From contig ML992511.1 in the NCBI GenBank assembly GCA_010093995.1, forward strand, positions 825,516 through 849,019: DNA of 23,504 nt, read 5' to 3'. This DNA is from Elsinoe ampelina. Taxonomy: Eukaryota. Below are positions 11,363-21,652 of the stretch, one piece after another (positions within the stretch are counted from its first letter, which is position 1; every line of letters starts with the position of its first letter). The notes below the pieces were generated by a model, which was not told the origin of the DNA, ran no database searches, and saw nothing but the letters and a program-made list of their open reading frames with translations. The position numbers were made by a program, and so were the translations under genes.

Positions 11363-12044
11363 ATGAGTTGTAATCTGGCTTTCGAGACACGGAAATGTTT
11401 GCGCATGGCATGGCGTTCAACACACGGCGCGATTGACATCCCCCCTCACTGGCTCTTATACGACCAGCAGTGTATGATATATGGCAAAAGTGTATGTATA
11501 GTTCGGAAATACGGTAGACGGAGACAAAAGATACAGAGATGGAAAAATGTCACAGTTCCCTCTAGAAGGACCTGTCACGAAGAATTGCTAAGCCTCGTTT
11601 GTTCCACTACCACGTCCTCGGTACCATGACTACCACCTAGTTCTTAGACGGAGAAATACTATTCATACCAGTGGATCTACCTGTCGCGTGCCCGCATTCT
11701 GTTTTCCTGGTCGGTTTTGCGGCGGTCGATCGGCAGAAACCGGGGACCCTCGGCTCGTGGGAAGAAAGCTTGGACGTCAGGCACATGCGTTCATCAACTT
11801 CTCCGCTCCCCGCGATCTGCTGCAATTGAAGCTTAGACTTGTGACTCCATCCATCCGCACTCGACCTCTACTCCTGGATGTCACAGCAATTCCCGGACGC
11901 CTCCATCAAGTTCACATGTTCAGGGCACATCCTTCTCGAGACTTGCGGCGGTAACAATCGTCCACAGCCGCATTGAAACTACCACACCAACCGAGGCCGA
12001 GGGGCCTGTAACACAAACACAAACGGCACTCCCCAACCGCAGTC

Positions 12045-13505
12045 ATGTCATGGAAGAAGACGGAGAAGCTCATGAGCACTATATCTCATTATGCACAATT
12101 CCCAGCTACCGGAGTGTCCCTCCGCCAGATGGTGCAGTTCGGCCAACGACCCAGTGTCGGCACGCTATACAGGGCGAGTAGCTTTCTCTCGGAGGAATTG
12201 CCCATCAGACTCGCGCATCGAGTGCAAGAGCTTGGGGATCTGCCAGATGGGCTGAACGAGATGCCGTCGATACAAAAGGTGCAGGATTGGTATGCGCAGT
12301 CATTCGAGGTAAGTCAAGGGATATGAGTCAAACATGGAGCTGCGCTTGTCAATCATGGACCTGTGCTTGTGAATCATGGAGCTGTGTTTTCCAACCATGT
12401 GGTTGTGCTAATCATTGACCAGGAAATCACCGAATTACAAAAGCCAAGCCTGTCAGCAGAGATCCGAGAACGACTGCTACGACCGAGCAGTGGAAAGGGG
12501 ACAGTAGCCTTTTCAGGGTCCAACAACCCCTCGGTCCAGAAAGGGCAGTACAGGTCACAACCGACGTCGAATGGAAACGGAGGGGCGAAGGGCTCAGGAA
12601 GCAAAAGATACTTCAGTGCAGGCGAAGATACGGGAGAATGGCCACCCGAGCTGGATGATTATAATGGTCGCTTCGCGCGGACACTCGACAAGATCAAGCG
12701 AAGACATGACGGAGTCGTCACCACCGTTGCCCAAGGTATTCTGGAGTACAAACGGAAACGACAAAGGATGCAGATCGATGCTACGATTCAGCAATTCCTG
12801 GATCGTTTCTACATGAGCAGAATAGGCATTCGCATGTTAATAGGGCAACATATTGCGTTGACTGATCAGCGCTCAAACTCGGACCCCTCTTTCGTTGGGA
12901 TAATTTGCACCAAAACCAATGTCCAGGAGCTTGCGCAAGAGGCTATCGAGAATGCTCGCTTCGTATGCGAGGACCACTACGGACTCTTTTCCGCGCCCAA
13001 TGTACAGTTGGTCTGCCCGCCAGATGTGTCTTTCCCGTATGTACCGGGGCATTTGAGTCACATGCTCTTTGAGATCCTAAAGAACTCGCTACGCGCCGTT
13101 GTCGAAAGACACGGCGAAGACCAGGAGGAATTTCCGCTTACCAAGGTCATCGTCGCTGAAGGCAAGGAGGATATCACAATTAAGATCTCAGACGAAGGAG
13201 GGGGTATACCAAGGAGTGCTATCCCTCTTGTATGGACCTACATGTACACTACTGTCGACCAAACACCAAACCTGGATCCGGACTTCAACCAGAATGACTT
13301 CAAAGCACCTATGGCAGGATTCGGATACGGCTTGCCCATCTCGAGGCTCTATGCAAGGTACTTTGGTGGTGATCTCAAGCTGATCAGTATGGAAGGGTAG
13401 GTGATTTTTTTGGTCGCTATATACGTGCTGACAATGTTCAGTTATGGCACGGATGTATATCTCCATCTCAACAGACTATCATCATCATCAGAACCGCTAC
13501 AGTGA
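12045..13505 (+). CDS. Mitochondrial pyruvate dehydrogenase kinase / BCKD kinase family protein; exons 12045-12308, 12423-13396, 13442-13505; 433 aa
   Basis: EELPIRLAHRV, FLDRFYMSRIGIRMLIGQH, N-box EILKNSLRA, G1 ISDEGGG, G2 AGFGYGLPISRLYARYFGGDL and terminal GYGTDVYLHL..SSEPLQ. Introns 12309-12422 and 13397-13441. Confidence 0.93.
12333..12412 (+). repeat. 21-bp minisatellite (three full units plus one degenerate unit) inside kinase intron 1
   Basis: catggagctgcgcttgtcaat / catggacctgtgcttgtgaat / catggagctgtgttttccaac / catgtggttgtgctaat. Confidence 0.8.
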
Positions 13506-13808
13506 CAACGACCCGTCATGAGGGAAGAGTGGGCGTCCCCGGGATTGACGCGCGGAGTTAACAGCCAGAGGAGTGGTGGCGGTGGCAAGGCCAAGACGGA
13601 TTTTGACAGGATCCAGAACCTGACCATGGCAACAAGAGCCATGAGGCTGAAGCCAATCAAGAGAGACTTCAGTGACAGAGAGGTCAGTGAGCGAAGACAA
13701 GTGGGAGACATGGAGGAGATGATGAGCCGAGGGGGAAGCAAAGGTTCACCAGGGACCGATGGCAACAGTCCATGGTGGAAGAACGTTGGCATGGATGAAG
13801 GGCTGTAA
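13506..13808 (+). other. Candidate readthrough extension of the kinase (100 open codons in frame after its TGA)
   Basis: TGA 13503-13505 is followed in frame by CAA CGA CCC GTC ATG (13518) and stays open to TAA at 13806-13808. Confidence 0.4.
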
Positions 13809-14044
13809 AAACATATGCATACTATATGAATGGCAGGATATGAGTACAGCACATAGTATGTCACCATATCACCATGTCACCAATTTGGATTTTTGTGACA
13901 CCCCTTACGGTGAGCCAGATGTTGCAGGTGAGCCGAGGCCCCGCATTTCCCCAGCTTTCCGCATATCGTCGGCATTGACCAAACATGAGCTCCACCATGG
14001 AAACATTTCTCTTCCTCTCATCTGCACTTCAAAGCCTTTCCAAT

Positions 14045-15251
14045 ATGAAGGCCGCGATCCCTCGGGTACTACCACGTACATTGTCGCCGCGTCTACGAAC
14101 ACTTCAACGCCAACGCCGATGCTTGTCGACTCCACGACCCACGACTGACTTTGTCCGGGTCATTGACGTCGGACCTAGAGATGGTCTCCAGAATGAGAAG
14201 AAAAGCATACCGGTCGAAACCAAGCTTGAATTGATTCGAAAGCTGGCGGCAGCTGGACTTCAGACCATTGAGGCAGGCAGCTTTGTCAGCCCGAAATGGA
14301 CACCACAGGTATGTCTTTCAAAGCCTCCGCGGCGGATCTGGCTGATCCAGTCAGATGGCAGCTTCGGACGAGATCATGAAGTCGATTCTTAAGTCACCGC
14401 CCTCTTCGAGCTCCTCAGTGACATACCAATGGCTGCTACCGAATATGCGTGGTCTCGAAACCTTCAATTCCATCTACCTTCCTTCACAAGCCAACTCCCA
14501 ACCTGCTCCACCTAACGACTATGGTCCTTCGCTCAACACCTCCTCCGCTGATCCCAACGCCATGCCATCGAACCCTAGTCCGACAACTCCACAATCTGCC
14601 TCTCCTCCTCCATCACATGAGATCTCCATCTTCCTCGCCGCGACCGAGTCCTTCTCACGGAAAAACACCAATTGCTCAATCGCAGAATCACTCGAGCGTT
14701 TCGCCCCACTCATGGCTTCAGCACGGGATAACTCGATACCAGTAAGAGCATACATATCTGTGGCACTCGGTTGTCCCTTCGAAGGACCAGATGTGTCGCC
14801 TGCAAAAGTGGCGGAGCTGGCAGCGACATTATTAGAGATGGGGGCGGACGAGATTGCAGTAGCAGACACAACAGGGATGGGCACCGCGCCGAGGACAAGG
14901 GAGCTTCTACGGACATTAGAGAAGGCTGGCATCCGACCCGGTGATTTGGCGCTACACTTTCACGATACTTTTGGCCAGAGTCTCACGAATGTGCTGGTAG
15001 GATTGGAGCATGGCGTACGGACATTCGACGGGGCAGTTGGTGGTCTCGGTGGGTGTCCGTACAGTCCTGGTGCGACTGGGAACATCAGCACGGAGGACTT
15101 GGTGTACACGCTGCATAGCTTAGGGGCGGAGACTGGCGTGGATCTGGAGGAGCTGAGTCAGGTGGGCGAGTGGATTACCGGGGAGGTTGGAAAGGTGAAC
15201 GAGAGTCGAGCAGGAAAGGGAACGCTGGGAAGATTAAGGGCGAGTCATTAG
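14045..15251 (+). CDS. HMGCL: Hydroxymethylglutaryl-CoA lyase, mitochondrial; exons 14045-14308, 14355-15251; ~386 aa (in-frame upstream ATGs at 13985 and 13997)
   Basis: DVGPRDGLQNE, IEAGSFVSPKWTPQMA, ADTTGMG, HFHDTFGQ and GGLGGCPYSPGATGNISTEDL. Intron 14309-14354 (GTATGT..GCTGAT..CAG). Arg-rich presequence after the ATG at 14045. Confidence 0.93.
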
Positions 15252-15679
15252 TGGAACCTGTCATGGCGACTATCAAAAATTGATGTACATAAATGTTGGG
15301 CGAAGGTTATGGATGAAATGTGCTCCGGTCAGTCGACTGTTTGATACCAATCTTAGTTCGAGAGTTTGCTAACGTGTTCCAATGCTACTGGACTGTAGAG
15401 ACAGACCATCGACCAACATTACAGATCACGTGCAGCGTCACATGTGTCAACCGAGGCATAAGCTGGAGCGCCAAGAAGACCCTGAGTCAGTTCATCCCAA
15501 GGTTGAACTGAACACTATCTTACCATTTTACTAATCCATGATCAAATTAGATAATTATTGTCTTAATCTGCTGCTATTAAGGAGTTCTTTTGATTTAGTT
15601 ATCTTTTAGTATACTAGGTTAAGTATTTATGTAGTTATAATCTACCTTAGTTTAGTAGATTAGGCAGTAATTAATTCTA

Positions 15680-16108
15680 GGGTGGTTGAGTGGGTAATTA
15701 CTATACTCTAAAGAGTATAGTAATTACAACGTGACTTTTCGTGAAATTTTCGTGTTTTTTGATATTTTAACGTGCATTAGTAAGCGTATTTTACTAATAA
15801 AGATATTTTGTCTATACTATCAAAAATTCTGCATTTTTTAGTACTATTTTTGCTTATGTAATCTTAGATCCTGATTTTTAGTAGTGATTTTAAATTTCTT
15901 TCTTCTTCTAAAAATCAGGATCTAGGATTACGTAAGCGAAAGTAGTACCAAAAAATGTAGATTTTTTTATAGTATAGAAAAAATACTTTAGATTATAAAA
16001 GAAGCTTACTAATACACGTAAAAACATCAAAAAACACGAAAATTTCACGAAAAGTTACATTATAATTACTATACTCTAAGAGTATAGTAATTACCCACTC
16101 GACCACCC
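15680..16108. mobile_element. Foldback / MITE-like non-autonomous DNA element with ~200-bp inverted arms
   Basis: Ends are GGGTGGTTGAGTGGGTAATTAC and GTAATTACCCACTCGACCACCC. Arms 15680-15881 and 15908-16108 are reverse complements around a 26-nt spacer. TA flanks both ends. No coding capacity. Confidence 0.85.
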
Positions 16109-16290
16109 TAATTAATTTAATTCTATTTCCTCCCCTATACAAGTTAACAGTTATAAGCCCGGTATAACTACCCCTATATAAGTATATTACTTAGTTGCTT
16201 TTCTACTCTATTTATTAGTTAATTCTCTATTATTTTGCTTTTTAAGTATTAGAATCTATTAAGAACTGCCTTAACTATAACTATAGAATT

Positions 16291-16493
16291 TGTTAAGAAT
16301 ATAGCTCTCTCTAGATAATTAGGCTATGAAGTTATATAACCTTAAGTTATGTAATGCTAAGGCCTAGGGATTTATAGCTGTTCTTTCTTCTAGTAGATAG
16401 ACTTCTTTTAATTAACTAACTCGTCTATTACCTAACTAGTGTACGATTAGTTCTATATAATATTTCACCTCTAAACGTGCCTTCTACTTAATA
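16291..16493 (+). repeat. 5' LTR of the nested Copia element
   Basis: TGTTAAG...CTTAATA (terminal CA RIPed to TA). By manual alignment 192/203 identical to 21450-21652. Confidence 0.95.
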
Positions 16494-19400
16494 GGTTATA
16501 AGCCTAGAGCTATAGTATAAGTATAGGATTGTATATACCGTAGTTAAGTATCTACGTTATTAAAATTAGGCTAGATTCTATTAGTATTCTCCTCCGTTTC
16601 CTCTCTATTATCTTAATCCTAGACAGATTAGTAGAGGTAGTATAAAGCGTAAAAGACTAGTTACTTAGTGTATTAAGTAGGACATATTAAGATATCTACT
16701 ATAGATTTATTTCTATAATTATATAATAGCTACTATTTATTAGCTATAAATAACTAAATAACATTTGTTTTATTACTATTTTCTCTCTTAAGATTAAGCA
16801 CCTATTAATCTTATTAACAATTATCTAGTTAAGACTAGTATAGAGATCTTAACACCTAGAAGAATTAACTTAAAGGTTATTAACTTCCGGATCCTAACCT
16901 TTATCTATTTATTTATAAAATTCTCTTCTACTCTAGAATATATCTTTAGCTATAGAAGATAATAACACCTAATTAAGGCAGCTAGTGCCTATACTCTCTA
17001 AAGACAACTATAAGAAGTAGTTCTAATAAATAAAGCTCTAGCTTATATTAAAGAAGGTATTATAGACTCTTACTTCCCGTACTAAACTATTAGTAATAAC
17101 TCTAGGGTTATTATTAACTTCCTTATTTAACTCTTAATATTCTCCTCTATTAGTAGAGAAGAATAGTACTACCCTTTACTAGATCTATAGATATATCTCT
17201 AAGAGAGATTAAGAGATAATTTAGAAATAGTAGTAGGCTAAACTAGCTTAGGAGAAGCTAAAGAGCAAGTATATAAAGTAGATAGGTATATAAGTAAGAC
17301 AACTTTAGAAAGAGTTTATAACATATACTATAGGTAATAATATAACTATCTTAGATACCTAGTTATACCTAACTATGTTAGGAAGGAGAATTAATAGATC
17401 TTTAGAGATTAAGTAATACTTCTTACTAATAATAAGAATTTAAAGACTACTTAGTACTCTTTTAGCTTTATAGTTAACTATAAGAGATGCCTTAGATACT
17501 TAACTATACCTTAGTATAGATAAGATCTATAATATTCTTAAAGAAAAGAAAGTATAAAAGGGAGAAGGGGAATCTACTATATTTATAAGAGGTAGACTAT
17601 AACAAAGAACTAGTAGGAGCTTAAACTATATATATATCTTATATAAGGAACCTAGATATTCTATGTTAAGGTATCCTTATCTTTAATAAGCTAAGAAGCA
17701 TATCTAGCTATTCTATAGGGTTACTAAAAGGAGTAGCTCTATAAGGAGGTAGTTACCTAAGCGCTAGGAACTACTTAAACTTATAAGATAGCTTACTAAG
17801 AGAATAGACTCTCTTAAAGTAGCTAAATTAAGAAGGAAAGGCAAAGCCTATCTAGCTACTAAGGGAGGTTTATTATTAATATCTCTATCTCTACTACTAG
17901 AAGTTCTATCTAGAGATAAAGAGCTTAAAACTACAAGTTCTATATTAAAGATTTAAGGTAAGCTTCTATATTATTAGTAGATACTTAACTCTAGAGTATC
18001 TAACTATATAATAGATAAGCTAACTCTCTTTAGGGGCCTATTAAGCAAGATTTGCACTTAATAGATCTAGGTTAGGGGAGGTTACATTTAGTTATAGTTA
18101 ATAGAAACTACAATTATTAAGACTAAGAAGAGAGATAAGATAAAAATATAAGCTTTCTATATACCTAATCTTAGTGTTAATTTAGTCTTCTATTATAAGC
18201 TATATATAGATTTAGGCGTTTCTAGAGTTCTTAATTTAAATTCTTTTCTTGTCCTTAATTAGTAGAAGCAACTACTACTTAAAGCTAGAATTTGAGGGGG
18301 GGTATATATTATCTAATTCCTCTTTAAGTAATTAGCTAATTAAAAGCCGCATTCTAGATCTAAGCCCGGCTTAATTCTAGATCTAGCTAATTAAGATTTA
18401 GCATTCCTTACTACCTAGCTTATAATTATATTATAGACTAAGTATATATATCTAACCTAGGATAAGTAACAAGAGAATCTTATTAACTTAGGACCTAATA
18501 ACTCTAAGATAGAGTATTAGCTCTAGCATAGGAGATTTACTTACCTTAGAATTAAGAAGCTTAGGGATCTTTATAAAGTTATAACTCTTAAGAAACCTAT
18601 TAACCTAAACTATAATCTATCTATTCTATATAAGGTCTATTCCCTTATAAAGATAAGAAATAGAAGAGGTAAAACCTTATAAAGAAGACCTAAGGTTCTT
18701 TAGCTTATCTATATAAATATCTATAGTCCTATTAAAGTAAGTAGGGAAGGATTTAGATACTTTCTTAAGCTTATAGATAGCTACTTAAGGATAATATAGA
18801 TTAGACTACTTAAGATAAGAGACAAAGCTCTATAAAGGCTTATTAAGTAAAAGCTAAGAGTTAAGAAGGAAAGTAATACTAAGGTTAAGGTTACTAGATT
18901 AGATAATACTAGTAAACTTAATAAGATCCTAAAGTAGTAAAAGCGCTAAGAAGATATCTATTATATAACTACTAAGCTATATAATTTAATTTAGAATAGA
19001 CTAGTAGAGAAAGGTATCTAAACCTTAGAGAATAGCATAAGAGCAATACTTAAGGACTTAAAGATGCTAAATAAGTTCTAGCCTAAAGTAGTTTAGGTAG
19101 ATATATATCTAAGGAATAGGACAGTAACTAGACCTATAATTAATAATAAGCAAGTTATACCTATTAAGGCCTATATAGGTATTAAGCTATTAGTTAATTA
19201 TATTAGAGTCTAGGGCTATAAGGTATATACTTATATAAACCTAAAGTCCCTTCCTATATATAGAAGAAAAGACAAGCTTATAGATAGAAGGAGAGTAAGA
19301 GTATTTCTTAGCTATATAGATAGATCTAATAGGATATATAAGATATAGGCACCTAATAGGAAGGCAGTAATTATATTACTAAATGTTAAATTCTCTAAGT

Positions 19401-21449
19401 TTAAAAAAGGTAGTAATATTAATCTTAGTATTAGAATTAATACTATAAGTAATTAAGCACTAGTTAGGAGACTAGTTAGTAGACCAACTTAGATTTAGAC
19501 TAAGGTTAGATCTAAAATAGACTAACTAAATTAGCCTATTTAGAATAAAGTACCTATAGGGAGAATCTTCTTATATATTAAGATCCTAAGAGTTAACCCT
19601 ATTAATCTTATAGATTTCTAACGTAGAGAAGAGCTAATAGTTTAATCTTTACTAACTAACTATATAAGTTAATTACTTAAGAGATTAAGAGATAATAACT
19701 CTAATAATAAAGGCCCTAAAGCTAAGCACTATAGAGCTTTTATTGCTAAGTACATTAATTAGTAAGATAAGGTTAATAAGATTACTATAATAGCTTCTAT
19801 TAAGTAATATGTTCTAATCCTAAGGGACTACTATAAAGCTATTACTAATCTAGTATAGGGAAGCAAATAGTAGAAAGTAATTAATATAGAGCTTAATACT
19901 CTATACTTAAATAATATATAGGAAGAGGTTATTCCTCTAAAGGGATCTAACTTAGTAATATCTAAATAAGTCTTTAATATTAAGTATAATATAGATAGCT
20001 CTATTAAAAAGTTTAAGGCTAGACTAGTTACTAGAGGCTTCTTATAGAAGTATAGCATTAACTATAAAGACATATTTATACTAATAGTTAGAGTAGATAT
20101 ACTTAGGCTATTCTTCGCTATTATTTATATACATAACCTTAAGTATCACTAGGTAGATATTAATAACGCCTTTATAGAGTCTTTTCTTTATAAAAGGATC
20201 TATATAAGGCTACTACCTAGACTAAAGGTTAGTCCTAGATTTGCCTTCTAGATTCTAAGGAGCTTATATAGACTTAAGTAAGCTACTAGAGACTAGAACT
20301 AGCACTATATCTCTAAGCTCCTAAAGCTAGGCTTTACTTAGAGCAAAGTAGATCTCTATCTTCTTATATACTATAATAAGAAGATTATTCTTTTAGTTTA
20401 TATTAATAATATACTATTTATAACATAAAGCAAGAAGAATATCTAGTAGTTTAAGTAAGAACTTAGTAAGATTTTCAAGATTAAAGATCTTAGTAAGGTT
20501 AATAAAGTTCTTAGGGTTAAGGTTATAAAAGATAGACAATAAGGCACCTTAAGACTTAATTAAACCTACTATATAGATAATATGCTATAGAGGCTTAATA
20601 TAACCTTTAATAAGGTTACTCTAATAAAGTAGCTAATAGATAATAAGCTCCCTTAAAGAGCTTAGGAAAATAATATAAGGTTTAGTAGGACTAAATATTT
20701 ATATACTATTAGAAGCTAAATATACCTCGGTACTCTAATAAGGCTAGATACTACCTTTGCCTTAGAAAGGCTAAGTTAGTTTATAGCAGATCTAATAGAC
20801 AGTTATACTATTAAGATAAAGAGAATATTAAGATATATTAGATTAACTAAAGATCTTAGTATTATATTTAGGAGGAATAGAGGTAAGACTCTTAAGGGAT
20901 ACTCTAATTTAGATTATGTCTTAGATAAGTTAGATAAGGTTTCTATCCTTAGATATGTCTTTATACTTATAGGTAGTCCTATTAGCTAGATAAGTAAGAA
21001 GTAGAAGTCTATTTTAACCTCTACTATAGAGGCTAAATATATAGTAATATACTCTTATATAAAAAGATTATAGTTCCTGTCTTAGTTACTAAGAGACATA
21101 GGCTGTTATAGGATAGTTAAGTAATTACTATAGAGGCTAACTATAAAGGAATCTTAGAAAGTAATAATAAGATTACCCTTTACTACTAGGATTAATAGTA
21201 ATAACCGAGTAGCTCTTTTACTTATAAAAGAGCTATATACTTATAAAAGAGTAAAGTATATTAATGTCGCTTACTACTATATTAGGAGGCTATAGAGGGA
21301 CTAGAGGATTTAAGTAGAGTTTATAAGGATAGTAGACATAGTAGCTAATAGGTTAACTAAGCTATTATAAGGTTAAATCTTTATAAGGTTTATGAAGTAA
21401 CTTAGCTTATTATTAACCTAATAGCTTATCTATAGGAGCTAAGTAGAAG

Positions 21450-21652
21450 TGTTAAGAATATAACCCTCTCTAGATAATTAGGCTATAAAGTTATATAACC
21501 TTAAGTTATATAATGCTAAGGCCTAGAGATTTATAGCTGTTCTTTCTTCTAGTAGATAGACTCCTTTTAATTAACTAACTCGTCTATTACCTAACTAGTA
21601 TACGATTAGTTCTATATAATATTCCACCCCTAAACGTGCCTTCTGCTTAACA
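21450..21652 (+). repeat. 3' LTR of the nested Copia element
   Basis: TGTTAAG...CTTAACA, preceded by a purine-rich tract and followed by the GAATT TSD. Confidence 0.95.

Larger units (their letters stand above)
16291..21652 (+). mobile_element. Full-length RIP-inactivated Ty1/Copia LTR retrotransposon (5362 bp)
   Basis: 203-bp LTRs, GAATT TSD (16286-16290 and 21653-21657) and PBS GGTTATAAGCC at 16494. De-RIPed motifs occur in Copia order: CX2CX4HX4C (17633-17674), protease WILDSGASDHM (~17978), LWHRRFAH (~18521), integrase DICGP and QNGLAE, RT KFKARLVARGF, SLYGLKQA and YVDD (20399-20410), RNase H GYSDSD, STMEAEY and ADGLTK. Confidence 0.95.

Noticed and set aside
13442..13867. 141-aa minus-strand ORF opposite the kinase 3' end
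   Set aside because: Low-complexity Leu/Ser translation, best explained as the antisense shadow of the purine-rich plus strand.
15249..15345. Readthrough or cryptic PTS1 after the HMG-CoA lyase stop
   Set aside because: TAG-T is not a leaky context, and the ~30-codon extension does not end in an SKL-like signal.
15680..16493. CRISPR-like or RNA-gene interpretation of the repeats and hairpins
   Set aside because: Eukaryotic context, no regular repeat-spacer array and no tRNA or rRNA fold. The repeats are explained by TIRs and LTRs.
19831..20058. 75-aa minus-strand ORF in the AT-rich block
   Set aside because: Antisense to the RIP-degraded reverse transcriptase, so spurious.
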